From the NCBI GenBank assembly GCA_035439505.1, contig DAORKJ010000006.1:1-61212 (forward strand): 61,212 nucleotides of DNA, written 5' to 3'. Both the position numbers and the translations under genes were made by a program. This stretch comes from Chitinophagales bacterium. GTDB lineage: Bacteria; Bacteroidota; Bacteroidia; Chitinophagales; BACL12. Shown here piece by piece: positions 38,437 to 48,504 of the stretch; the first letter of the stretch is position 1, and each line of letters begins with the position of its first letter. A model generated the notes under the pieces. It worked only from the letters and a program-made list of their open reading frames with translations, was not told the DNA's origin and ran no database searches.

Positions 38437-38453
38437 TTAATAAATTTGTAATT

Positions 38454-38777
38454 ATGAAAAAAATAATCTTGATGCTTAGCCTGTTTATCATAACAGGAAG
38501 TTTATCGGCTCAAAGCAAACAATATATTGAAATAAAAACTTCAGCACAATGTGCCACTTGTAAAGCGGCAATTGAAAAAGCTGTTGGTGCAATTGAAGGA
38601 GTTAAATTGGCAGATTTAGATTTGGACACTAAGGTAATAGGTGTTAAATATGATAGTGAAAAAACAAATGCTGCAGCAATTAAGACAGCAATAACAGCTA
38701 TTGGATATGATGCCGATGAAGTGCCGGCTGATGCAAAGGCTTATGAAGAATTACATAGTTGTTGTAAAAAAGAATAA
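38454..38777 (+). CDS. Periplasmic heavy-metal-associated (HMA/CopZ-like) protein
   Basis: Signal peptide, QCATCK (CxxC), C-terminal LHSCCKK. Confidence 0.9.
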   Translation: MKKIILMLSLFIITGSLSAQSKQYIEIKTSAQCATCKAAIEKAVGAIEGVKLADLDLDTKVIGVKYDSEKTNAAAIKTAITAIGYDADEVPADAKAYEELHSCCKKE

Positions 38778-38789
38778 ACTAAATCATTT

Positions 38790-38815
38790 AAAGCCTCGTA
38801 ATTGAGGCTTTTTTT
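38790..38815 (+). terminator. Intrinsic terminator
   Basis: AAAGCCTC-GTAATT-GAGGCTTTTTTT. Confidence 0.85.
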
Positions 38816-41800
38816 ATTCTATTACAATTGTTGAAAATGTTGTTTGATTGCCGTTAGTTAAATGAATGAAATATAGTCCAGAGATAAGTTGATGGGACGT
38901 GATAAGAAATGTATTTTGTTTTGGCAGTTGAGTTTCCAAATACACCTGTTTTCCTTCCACATTAAATATGGAAAGCTTACAACCATTTAATAAAAGCGGA
39001 GTTGAAATTGTAAAATCACTTGATGTAGGATTGGGAAAAATTAGCATATTAAACCCTAAATTATCTTCAATTGCTAACGCTGCTGTTGTTATCACTAGTG
39101 GATTACCTGCATTGTTATGTGACGATGAGCAATTCGTAATCACCACTAGGGTATAAGTTGTATCAGGTAATAAATCGGTGATAGTGATGGTGTTTTCAGT
39201 GGCGTAATAAGTTAAGGTGTCATCGCCGAGAATAACTAAAATTGTATAGTCGGTATAAAAATCATGTTCATCCCAACTAATAATGACACTGTTGCTATTG
39301 TAATAATCAACAACAATATTTTGCGGCGCCTCACATGCCGGTAATATTGTTATTGTTGCGCTATCTGAATTATAACAACCATTTTCTTCTACCGTTATAT
39401 AAATACTATAATTTCCCGGTGTTGAATTAATTAAATCAATCGTTCCGAAGTCATCGGCAAACACAACTCCATCGGGAATAGCATTGATTACACCTGTTAA
39501 TCCTAATATTTCAGGAGTAACATTTTCATCTCCAATAAAAAGGGTGTCTATAGGATAAGTTATAGCAACTATTGGCGGATTATTAATCGCAATGCTATCA
39601 GTAAACATAAGCGAACATCCGGTTGGGGATGTAAGTTGATATAAGATGACATGTGTTCCTGCTCCTGTTGCAATTATATTGACTTCACCGGTGATGTCGT
39701 TTAATATTGCTGTAGCCGATGAAAATATTCCCCCGGCTAAGCCAGTAATAACTGGAGAAGGATTTAAATCGTATAAACAAAAAGTATCGTCTTCAAAATG
39801 AAATGCAACTAAATTATTATCTGCACTATCGATGTAGAAAATGAAAGATGCGTCGGGACAAATGGCATTTACGTTATAATAAATTTGATACGGGCCGCCA
39901 ACACCGGTAGAAGGTAAATCAATTGTTCCTGTTAAAACATCCACTATTGCATCAGGTGAAAAATAGTTACCGCCCGGAATATTTACTAAAGGAATTGCTT
40001 CACCTAAATCAATACAAAATGTATCCTGATCCAAATTAATAGTTACTTGCTCCTGAAAATATAGGGCTATTGAGTCAATAAAATTACAACCGGCCGCAGT
40101 AGAACCGGCATAATAAATTGTCGCCCAACCTGCGGCAACATCTGTAGTATTGATTGCCCCGTTAATTACATCAACAATAATATCATCCGAATAAAATGTT
40201 CCTGTTGATGGAACAATTATTTCAGGAATTATTATTGCATCATTTAAACACAAACTATCATTTTCATAATTAAACAATGTAAGGGCATTTGCATCTTGTA
40301 TCCAAATTGTTTTATTTACCGAGCAATAACCATCAACGGTATAAGTAATAATAAATGGTCCGCCGAAACCGCTTTCCATTAAATGAATTTCACCGGATAT
40401 TGCTTCTACAACAACATCAGCAGAAGAAAAAGTACCTCCCGTAAATCCGGTAATTATTGGCAATGGATTTACATCATCAATACAAAAAGTATCTTCTTCA
40501 AAATAAAAATCTGCAGGTCGAGTGGCACCATTATAAGCAAATGCTTTTCCATCGGCTGCTAATATTTCGGAATAGCGGTAAGCACCAACAAAAAAATCGG
40601 AATAACCATCATTGTTATAATCAGCATCTCCACCAACATGTCGCCCGAAATAACCCTCCGCCTGATTACCTTCTGCAGAAAAACAATAATCAATTTCGAG
40701 TCCTGTCGGACTTCCAAACCAAACAAACGCGCCACCTTCATTTGCTTCTCCGTTGGTCCAATATTTTGCACCACCAATTACATCATCAAAACCATCGTTA
40801 TTAATATCGCCTGCACCGGCACAACTGTATCCAAATTGCGCTTCGGCCTGATTAATTTCTCCGAACCAGTTTAATTCGTTTGACAAACCTGTAGCTGAAC
40901 CGTGGTAGACAAAAATGCGGCCTTCATTATGACTTGCCGAGTCGCTTTCATATAAAAGTGCCGAAACAACCACATCGTCATATCCATCACCATTTACATC
41001 ACCTGCGCCATCGACCCAGTGACCAAAATTGCATTTTTTTTGACCGCTGCTCATCATCCAATCCGGTTCAGCTGCAAGCCCGGTTTCGCTGCCATAAAAA
41101 ACAACTGCTAAGCCATCGTCAATTTCATCAAAATCGTATTGATTAGCCCCAATTATAACATCATCAAATCCATCGGCATTGATATCTCCCGCATAATTTA
41201 CCGGAAAACCCGAGATTGCACCTTCCTGATTAGCCTGCCAGCTCCATCCGGATTCAACGGGGCCGTCGGGACTGCCCCAGTATAGCCATGTTTTGCCTTC
41301 TTCTATTTCGGGTTCGTCCCACATTTTGGCGGATAAAAACAGGTCGTTATACCCATCGCCATTAATATCCCCATCCAAAGCCACCCCACTGCCTAAAAGG
41401 GCAAAAACCTGATCAAAATCGAGGCTCCAGTCCGGCTCACCCGCGTTTAAACCGCTTTCTGAGCCGTACCATAAGTAAATACGTCCTTCATTGTATTCTT
41501 CCCCTGTCCATTGCAAACAGCCTACAACCACATCACTAAATCCATCTCCGTTCAAATCGCCACCGGAAGTGCTAAAACCCAACACAGAACTATCGTTATT
41601 AGACTCAAACTCCCATGCGGGTTCGGTTTCAAGCCCGTCTGGTCCGCCGTAGTAAAGCGCCAGTTTGCCTTCCTCGCCATTTGTTTCCTCAGGGTTGCTG
41701 TAGTCGATAGCGGAAACAATCATATCCTCAAAGCCATCACCATTCACATCACCGGCATTACTCATGCTCCAACCGAAGGCAGTATAGGTCAAATCGCCGA

Positions 41801-41888
41801 AGTCCGTCCACGAAGGACCTTCATAAAAGGCTTGTGAATAGGCACTAAAGCCGCTAAAAAGCGCATAAATCAGCAACCATTTCCGCAT
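38814..41888 (-). CDS. FG-GAP (integrin alpha-like) propeller adhesin with Ig-like repeats, FN3 domain and T9SS CTD
   Basis: Seven GD(V/I/L)NGDG(F/Y)xD-type repeats; DTFC..P.ITG..GG.FS repeats; FN3 CEAPQNI..LLPDTTY; IFPNP CTD; start moved to MRKWLL. Confidence 0.9.
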   Translation of the reverse strand: MRKWLLIYALFSGFSAYSQAFYEGPSWTDFGDLTYTAFGWSMSNAGDVNGDGFEDMIVSAIDYSNPEETNGEEGKLALYYGGPDGLETEPAWEFESNNDSSVLGFSTSGGDLNGDGFSDVVVGCLQWTGEEYNEGRIYLWYGSESGLNAGEPDWSLDFDQVFALLGSGVALDGDINGDGYNDLFLSAKMWDEPEIEEGKTWLYWGSPDGPVESGWSWQANQEGAISGFPVNYAGDINADGFDDVIIGANQYDFDEIDDGLAVVFYGSETGLAAEPDWMMSSGQKKCNFGHWVDGAGDVNGDGYDDVVVSALLYESDSASHNEGRIFVYHGSATGLSNELNWFGEINQAEAQFGYSCAGAGDINNDGFDDVIGGAKYWTNGEANEGGAFVWFGSPTGLEIDYCFSAEGNQAEGYFGRHVGGDADYNNDGYSDFFVGAYRYSEILAADGKAFAYNGATRPADFYFEEDTFCIDDVNPLPIITGFTGGTFSSADVVVEAISGEIHLMESGFGGPFIITYTVDGYCSVNKTIWIQDANALTLFNYENDSLCLNDAIIIPEIIVPSTGTFYSDDIIVDVINGAINTTDVAAGWATIYYAGSTAAGCNFIDSIALYFQEQVTINLDQDTFCIDLGEAIPLVNIPGGNYFSPDAIVDVLTGTIDLPSTGVGGPYQIYYNVNAICPDASFIFYIDSADNNLVAFHFEDDTFCLYDLNPSPVITGLAGGIFSSATAILNDITGEVNIIATGAGTHVILYQLTSPTGCSLMFTDSIAINNPPIVAITYPIDTLFIGDENVTPEILGLTGVINAIPDGVVFADDFGTIDLINSTPGNYSIYITVEENGCYNSDSATITILPACEAPQNIVVDYYNSNSVIISWDEHDFYTDYTILVILGDDTLTYYATENTITITDLLPDTTYTLVVITNCSSSHNNAGNPLVITTAALAIEDNLGFNMLIFPNPTSSDFTISTPLLLNGCKLSIFNVEGKQVYLETQLPKQNTFLITSHQLISGLYFIHLTNGNQTTFSTIVIE

Positions 41889-42047
41889 AAGATGTTCAAA
41901 TATACGCAGTAAAGCCCTTGCCAACAATGACAATTACCCCTTACAATTGCCTGAAGGTGAATAAACCATGTATGAATACCGAAAGCGTTAAAATTATCGT
42001 TTTACAGGTAAAAACGGTCTGCTATTGATTTGTATCGAAAATCTTAG

Positions 42048-42120
42048 TAGATTTGCACCCCGGCTCAATTTTTAATTTTTATTGAGTTTCAGGAAACTTT
42101 TTAATTAGCATACCGTTCTA
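42048..42120 (+). promoter_or_regulatory. Tandem promoters of rpoD: housekeeping -7 box and a putative ECF-type promoter
   Basis: TAGATTTG at 42048-42055; GGAAAC-N17-GTT at 42092-42117. Confidence 0.5.
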
Positions 42121-42168
42121 ATTTAACGAACCATTCAATTCACAAGAAATAAACGAGGTTAATTAACA

Positions 42169-43038
42169 ATGCGTCAGCTAAAGATTACGAAATCCATCAC
42201 CAACCGCGAAAGCGAGTCGTTAGAGAAGTATTTACAGGAAATTGGTAAGGTAGACCTGGTTACAGCAGAGGAGGAAGTTACCCTTGCGCAAAAGATTAAA
42301 CAAGGCGACCAGCTTGCATTGGAGAAATTGGTGAAAGCCAACCTTCGTTTCGTGGTTTCGGTAGCTAAACAATATCAGCACAATGGTTTGTCGTTGAACG
42401 ATTTAATTAACGAAGGTAACGTTGGTCTGGTAAAAGCAGCTCAAAAATTTGATGAAACAAAAGGTTTCAAATTCATTTCATATGCCGTTTGGTGGATTCG
42501 TCAGAGCATTATGCAGGCATTAGCCGAGCAAAGCCGCTTAGTTCGTTTACCATTGAACAAAGTAGGTTCTTTGAGTAAAATTAACCGCGCATTTTCTGAA
42601 TTAGAGCAAAAATTCGAACGTGAACCTACGTCTGAAGAATTAGCTGAAGTGTTAGAATTGGCACCTGAAGAAATTAAAAATACTTTGAGTGTTTCAAGTC
42701 GCCACGTATCTGTTGATGCTCCGTTTGATGATGGTGAAAACAGCAGCTTACTCGACGTATTAGAAAATCGTGACACTGAACGTACAGATGAAAAATTAGA
42801 TTATAGTCACTCGTTAAAAGTGGAAACTGAACGTACGTTAGCAACACTTACTGAACGTGAACGTGATGTAATTAAATTATTCTTCGGAATTGGTGTTCCT
42901 TACGCCATGACTTTAGAAGATATTGGTGAAGAGTTTGGATTAACACGTGAACGTGTTCGTCAAATAAAAGATAATGCAATAAATAAATTGCGTTCAAGTA
43001 CTAGAAATAAAGCACTGAAAGCGTATCTTGCGCAGTAA
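42169..43038 (+). CDS. rpoD: RNA polymerase sigma factor, RpoD/SigA family (Bacteroidota type lacking region 1.1)
   Basis: [59 protein letters not shown]. Confidence 0.93.
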   Translation: MRQLKITKSITNRESESLEKYLQEIGKVDLVTAEEEVTLAQKIKQGDQLALEKLVKANLRFVVSVAKQYQHNGLSLNDLINEGNVGLVKAAQKFDETKGFKFISYAVWWIRQSIMQALAEQSRLVRLPLNKVGSLSKINRAFSELEQKFEREPTSEELAEVLELAPEEIKNTLSVSSRHVSVDAPFDDGENSSLLDVLENRDTERTDEKLDYSHSLKVETERTLATLTERERDVIKLFFGIGVPYAMTLEDIGEEFGLTRERVRQIKDNAINKLRSSTRNKALKAYLAQ

Positions 43039-43073
43039 TTAAAATATTGTCTGCTTCGGCGGACGAAACTTTG

Positions 43074-43128
43074 TGTTTTCATGGGGATCCCCCGGTAAAG
43101 TCTCCCGACTGAGCTGGGGGTTTTTTTT
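43074..43128 (+). terminator. Terminator / possible 3'-derived sRNA after rpoD
   Basis: CCCCCGG..AGTC-TCCC-GACT..CTGGGGG followed by T8. Confidence 0.7.
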
Positions 43129-43159
43129 ATGGTTTTATCCTAACTTTTTTATTCCCGAA

Positions 43160-43835
43160 ATAATGAGTTGTCCGCCGAGGCGGACATGAGTGATGAGTAA
43201 TGAGTGATGGCAATATGCCAGTTTGTGCCCTTGAATTTATTATAAATATTAATTCCTCCGGAATTTTTATAATTCAATCGTAAAGCCCCTAGTTGTCGCA
43301 GACAACGTTGTCGTGGAGTCTTTGACTCCAGACGCCACCCCGGTCTTCCGACCGGAGTCAATGCTATAAGCATTAAATTACCTAAAGTGTGTACTTGTTA
43401 TATTTCCCCAAAAAATAAATTTCATAAAACAGCCATAACCCAAAATTCCGAAAGCATTCATTTTGTATTCCGGTTTATCGGAATTGCGGACTAAAATAAT
43501 TCTATCAGTATTGCCCGCTATGACGGACATGGGTGATGAGTAGTAGCCCTTTTATCTCTATTTTAAAATTTGATACAATAGGTATTTTTATACACCAATC
43601 GTCAGACACCAATGCAGAGGCGGATGCAATTCGCCACTACATTGGTGCCTGACTTAACTTTGAATATTAAATTTCACTTATTGGCAAACAATTAAATTGA
43701 AAGAAATTTAATGTTAGATTTAATAAGCAATTTTTGTTGTAGGGACAAATGACATGTGTCCTTACTACAAAAATGCTGCAAGTTTATCCTACATCCCTTC
43801 GCGTAACTTTGAGCACCTTCTAGCCTTTGTGGTGG
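43160..43835. repeat. Second intergenic repeat hub (heptamer array with palindrome, GTC-N3/4-GAC hairpins, REPs)
   Basis: ATGAGTTGTCCGCCGAGGCGGACATGAGTGATGAGT at about 43163-43198; short hairpins 43292-43355; REP hairpins 43601-43653 and 43731-43773. Confidence 0.7.
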
Positions 43836-43906
43836 GAAAGAGTGTTTGTGCAGAAAGGTAATCTAATAAGCAATACCAAAAATTATATAGCATGAGACTC
43901 ACCACT

Positions 43907-44743
43907 TCATTTCCACCCGCGGCGTACTTTAATTTCATCATAAGATTCAATTATGGTGCGCAATTTTTCCTGCATTGTTATTTTTTCAGCGTTGCTGGCA
44001 TTTGGATTTGAATCGGGGTGATATTTTTTGGCCAGATGGTGAAATGCAGTTTTTAATTCTTTTTCTGTGCAGTTGCTGGTCAAATTAAATAATGTGTATA
44101 TATCTGATTTTGGAGTCGTTTTTTCAGTATACGTTTTTGTATTGCTACTATAATTGTTTTGATGTTGTTGCGAAAATGTCCGGTAAATTGTTTTTACATC
44201 TTCATATGGCAAATTAATCCGAGCCGCTAAATAATTAATCGTGTGTGTTACTTTTTCTTTTGGTGCAGATGGGTGATAGCTGATTTCAAATAAAAATAAA
44301 ATTATATCTTTTTTATCTTTTAAATCAGCATGTAATTTAATTTGTTCGCAAATAGCTTCTACCTGAATACGCTGACGAAATAGTTCATGAAAAAAAGCAA
44401 ATCGTTTTGTAGCATATACTTCCCCAAATTTATTAACAAGTCTGCGATGTAATGTTTCATTCGAAATTCTCCCATTTAATTCACCGGCCTGTAAAACAAA
44501 AGCTGCCAACATTAAATAACTTATTCTGTTGTCGGTGGATTTTTTTGAAGGTTTTTCTTTAAAAATAATTTCGCAGTCCATAATTATCCCAATAATTAAA
44601 CCTGCAATTAAACCACTAGTACTTCCTGTTAAAAAAAATCCGAATAATGCCAATAATAATTTATGATACCCAAAAGGTTTAAATACCAGCTTCCATTCGG
44701 TAGTACGCAATACAACAATTACAGTATTTAATTTTTTCCGCAA
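43907..44743 (-). CDS. DjlA-like co-chaperone (TM + TerB-like + C-terminal J domain)
   Basis: Gly-rich N-terminal TM; C-terminal ELKTAFHHLAKKYHPD..IIESYDEIK; start uncertain. Confidence 0.8.
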   Translation of the reverse strand: MRKKLNTVIVVLRTTEWKLVFKPFGYHKLLLALFGFFLTGSTSGLIAGLIIGIIMDCEIIFKEKPSKKSTDNRISYLMLAAFVLQAGELNGRISNETLHRRLVNKFGEVYATKRFAFFHELFRQRIQVEAICEQIKLHADLKDKKDIILFLFEISYHPSAPKEKVTHTINYLAARINLPYEDVKTIYRTFSQQHQNNYSSNTKTYTEKTTPKSDIYTLFNLTSNCTEKELKTAFHHLAKKYHPDSNPNASNAEKITMQEKLRTIIESYDEIKVRRGWK

Positions 44744-44744
44744 C

Positions 44745-45350
44745 TTATTTTGCTTTGGAGGTAAATGGCGAATTGGCTATTCTAAAACGCCATGGAATTA
44801 ATTTATAAGGGCCACTAAAATTCATTCCCACACGTGGTGAAGCTACAATTTGTTTCGGGTTAATTGGTGCAGCATCACAAATCCGGATGTCCTGACCCAA
44901 TAACGAAAGTCCGTTGTGATTTGTTGTTAATCCCAAACATTGTGTTACCAAACCGGGGCCTGCGCCTATACCGGGAGTAAATTGCTTTAGGTTTCTTCTT
45001 TCAAGCATTGTAGGAATACCTTCAGTAGGTTCAATAGCCCGTACCAACACTGCATGTGGTTGACCGGCAACGTGGGTGACAACGTTAAACAAATAATGCA
45101 CGCCGTAACATAAATACACATAACTCACACCACCTTCTGCATACATAATTTTGGTTCTTTCCGTAAAGCGGCCATTGTAGGCATGGCATCCACGGTCCTC
45201 AACACCACAGTAGGCCTCAGTTTCACAAATAATTCCAGCGGTAACCTTACCTTCAAAAGAGGTCATTAATTTTTTGCCCAACAAAGCCCGGGCAATGCCC
45301 AAAGTATCGGAATGCGTGTAAAAACTTTTTTTTAATGTGAAATTATTCAT
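44745..45350 (-). CDS. mpg: DNA-3-methyladenine glycosylase (AAG/MPG family)
   Basis: ARALLGK, ETEAY, YVYLCYGVHYLFNVV, AVLVRAIEP, SPRVG, WRF. Confidence 0.95.
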   Translation of the reverse strand: MNNFTLKKSFYTHSDTLGIARALLGKKLMTSFEGKVTAGIICETEAYCGVEDRGCHAYNGRFTERTKIMYAEGGVSYVYLCYGVHYLFNVVTHVAGQPHAVLVRAIEPTEGIPTMLERRNLKQFTPGIGAGPGLVTQCLGLTTNHNGLSLLGQDIRICDAAPINPKQIVASPRVGMNFSGPYKLIPWRFRIANSPFTSKAK

Positions 45351-45424
45351 TCAACTTTGTTGTGGACTTCAGTATGCAAATATATTCGAATGAATGAACT
45401 GCTACATAGTAAAATAATAATATT

Positions 45425-46123
45425 ATGCATGGAACCCTATTTTTAGTACCAACCATATTAAGTGAAGAAGCGCTTCATGTAATTCCACAATATGTTTTTG
45501 ATATCACGAATAAGTTGACTGTTTTTTTTGTTGAAAATGAAAAAACGGCAAGGCGATATTTGCGCAAATCTGGATTCACGGCTTCGTTTGAAACAACACC
45601 AATTTTACCGCTTAATGAGCATACCGATGCGGCAACTGTTTCAACTTACATGGAGTATTTAAAACAAGGGACAGATTGTGCATTAATGAGTGAAGCGGGT
45701 GTTCCGGCTGTTGCTGATCCGGGAAGTGTATTGGTGCGATTTTGTCACCAAAATAATATTCGGGTAGTTCCGCTTGTTGGGCCTTCTTCAATTTTGTTAG
45801 CGTTAATGGGTAGCGGACTAAACGGTCAGCAGTTTCATTTTCATGGATATATTCCGGTAAAACAACCTCAGCGCAAACAATATATTCAACACATGGAAGC
45901 GGAAACAAAAAAAGGGGTAACACAAATATTTATTGAAACACCTTATCGCAATAATGCCATTTTACAGGATATTTTAAGTGCGTGCAGTAGTGATGTTTTA
46001 TTGTGTATAGCTTATGATTTAACAGGGACAAAAGAATCAATACGCACACAACCCATTTCGTATTGGAAAAAACATATGCCGGCTTTAGAAAAAATTCCCG
46101 CTATATTTTTACTGGGGATGTAA
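45425..46123 (+). CDS. RsmI-like SAM-dependent (tetrapyrrole methylase fold) methyltransferase
   Basis: MSEAGVPAVADPG, PLVGPSS, SGLNGQQFHFHGY, FIETPYRN. Confidence 0.88.
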   Translation: MHGTLFLVPTILSEEALHVIPQYVFDITNKLTVFFVENEKTARRYLRKSGFTASFETTPILPLNEHTDAATVSTYMEYLKQGTDCALMSEAGVPAVADPGSVLVRFCHQNNIRVVPLVGPSSILLALMGSGLNGQQFHFHGYIPVKQPQRKQYIQHMEAETKKGVTQIFIETPYRNNAILQDILSACSSDVLLCIAYDLTGTKESIRTQPISYWKKHMPALEKIPAIFLLGM

Positions 46124-46178
46124 AAAGAGTAAGAGATTAACCCATCCATCCTTTTCAAAAAATAGTTAATTTTGCAAC

Positions 46179-46751
46179 ATGATTGTAATTCAACAGACTT
46201 TAGTAAGCGAAGACATTCTCGACAAAGAATTTGTATGCAATTTAAATGCCTGTATGGGCGCTTGTTGTGTAGAAGGCGATGAAGGCGCATTTGTTGATGA
46301 GGATGAAAAAAAGATGTTGAAAAAAGTGTATCCGGTAGTGAAAGAATATCTCACCAAAGAAGGAATTGATGCCATCGAAAAACAAGGTTATTGGGTGACC
46401 AACGATGAAGGGGTTTTAAAAACACCATTAATGAAAGATGGCCCTTGTGCATACACCATTTGGGAAAAAGGTATTGCATTGTGTGGCATAGAAAAAGCGT
46501 TTTTAGATAAAAAAGTAAAATGGCAAAAACCGGTGAGCTGTCATTTATATCCCATCCGTATTTCAAAAGTAGGTGAGTTTGATGCGTTGAATTACGAAAA
46601 ATGGAATATTTGTAAACCGGCGTGTAAAAATGGCAAGGAATTAGGTGTGCCAATTTTCCGATTTGTAAAAACAGCGCTTATTCGCAAATATGGTGAGGAA
46701 TATTATGAAGCGTTAGAAGCAACATATGCTTATAAACAAACTAATAAATAG
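46179..46751 (+). CDS. DUF3109 family protein
   Basis: FVCNLNACMGACCVEGDEGA, KPVSCHLYPIR, WNICKPAC. Confidence 0.9.
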   Translation: MIVIQQTLVSEDILDKEFVCNLNACMGACCVEGDEGAFVDEDEKKMLKKVYPVVKEYLTKEGIDAIEKQGYWVTNDEGVLKTPLMKDGPCAYTIWEKGIALCGIEKAFLDKKVKWQKPVSCHLYPIRISKVGEFDALNYEKWNICKPACKNGKELGVPIFRFVKTALIRKYGEEYYEALEATYAYKQTNK

Positions 46752-46871
46752 AAAATATTCTGACTGTTATTTTTAGTATTTTTTCAAATTCATCTTAATC
46801 TAATTGTATCAATTTTCCGTAATCGGGATTATTCACTTTTCACATTGGTATAAACACCGTACCTTCGCATT

Positions 46872-48470
46872 ATGCATAAAGCAGATTTCCTCGTTATAGG
46901 TTCCGGTATTGCCGGTTTAACATTTGCGCTAAAAACAGCGCGCAGATTTCCCGATAAAACAATTACAATTATTACCAAAGCTGAAGAAGAAGAAACCAAT
47001 ACCAAATACGCACAAGGTGGTATTGCAGCGGTTTGGGATTTTGAAAAGGATAGTTACGACAAACATATTGACGATACCTTAATTGCAGGTGATGGATTGT
47101 GTAAACGCGATATTGTTGAAATAGTTGTGAAAGAAGGTCCTGAACGGGTTAAAGAAATCATTAATTGGGGAGCCGATTTTGATAAAAATAAAGAAGGCGA
47201 ATACAGTTTAGGAAAAGAAGGAGGACATTCAGAATTTCGTGTGTTGCACCATAAAGATGTAACGGGTAAAGAAATTGAAAAAACATTATTAGAAGAAGCA
47301 CTTTCATTACCTAATATCAGTATTCATGCACACCATTTTGTAATTGATATTATTACGCAACATCACCTTGGGCGAATAGTTACACGACATACACCTGATA
47401 TTGAATGTTACGGTGTTTATGTGTTGAATAAAAAAAATAAAACCATTGAAAAAATAATAGCCAAAATTACAGTAATGGCTAGCGGTGGTGCGGGTCAGGT
47501 GTATAAAAATACGACCAATCCACTCATTGCAACTGGCGATGGTATGGCAATGGTGTATAGGGCTAAAGGCAGAATTTCGAATATGGAATTTGTGCAATTT
47601 CATCCAACATCATTATATCAACCCGGAGTATCGCCTTCATTTTTAATTACAGAAGCAATCAGAGGTGCAGGAGGTGAATTAAAAACAAGTGACGGTAAAC
47701 CGTTTATGCATAAATATGATGAACGTAAATCGTTGGCACCGAGAGATATAGTTGCAAGAGCAATTGATAATGAAATGAAAATTAGGGGTGATGAATTTGT
47801 GTATTTAGATTGTGCGCCTATTCCAAAAGAAGAGTTATTAAATCATTTTCCGAATATTTATGAAAAATGTAAATCTATCGGATTAGATATTCTGGAAGAT
47901 TTTATTCCGGTAGTTCCTGCAGCACATTATATGTGTGGTGGCATTTTAACCGATGCACATGGCAATTCCAGTATTAATAATTTATATGCCTGCGGCGAAT
48001 GTAGTTCAACCGGTTTACATGGAGCTAACCGATTGGCCAGTAATTCATTGTTGGAAGCATTGGTATTTGCAAATCGTATATATGAAGATGCAGCTGCAAA
48101 AATTGATAACATTGAATTTCAGGAAAATATTCCGGATTGGAATGCAGAAGGCACCAATGAGCCCAAGGAAATGGTAATGATAACGCAGAGTATCAGGGAG
48201 TTAAAAGAAATAATGACCAATTATGTTGGCATTGTACGCAGCAACGAACGCCTTGAACGAGCCCTTAACCGTTTGCATTTATTATATGAAGAAACCGAGC
48301 GTTTATACGATACCACTGCTATTTCACCACAATTGTGTGAGTTGCGGAATTTAATCACAATTGGGTTCTTAATCACCCGCGGCGCCAGTGCCAGAAAAGA
48401 GAGCCGTGGTTTGCATTACACCACCGATTTTCCTGAAAGGTCTGACTGGGCTGAAGATAGTTTGTTTTAA
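46872..48470 (+). CDS. nadB: L-aspartate oxidase
   Basis: GSGIAG, YAQGGIAA, EGGHS, QFHPT, LITEAIRG, AHYMCGG, GLHGANRLASNSLLE, ESRGLHY. Confidence 0.96.
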   Translation: MHKADFLVIGSGIAGLTFALKTARRFPDKTITIITKAEEEETNTKYAQGGIAAVWDFEKDSYDKHIDDTLIAGDGLCKRDIVEIVVKEGPERVKEIINWGADFDKNKEGEYSLGKEGGHSEFRVLHHKDVTGKEIEKTLLEEALSLPNISIHAHHFVIDIITQHHLGRIVTRHTPDIECYGVYVLNKKNKTIEKIIAKITVMASGGAGQVYKNTTNPLIATGDGMAMVYRAKGRISNMEFVQFHPTSLYQPGVSPSFLITEAIRGAGGELKTSDGKPFMHKYDERKSLAPRDIVARAIDNEMKIRGDEFVYLDCAPIPKEELLNHFPNIYEKCKSIGLDILEDFIPVVPAAHYMCGGILTDAHGNSSINNLYACGECSSTGLHGANRLASNSLLEALVFANRIYEDAAAKIDNIEFQENIPDWNAEGTNEPKEMVMITQSIRELKEIMTNYVGIVRSNERLERALNRLHLLYEETERLYDTTAISPQLCELRNLITIGFLITRGASARKESRGLHYTTDFPERSDWAEDSLF

Positions 48471-48504
48471 TTGCCGTAAATTTGTACTGTTTGTTTAGTG
48501 TAAT

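Noticed and set aside
43149..43373. 74-aa ORF in the repeat hub
   Set aside because: Built from palindromes and heptamer repeats; no protein-like features
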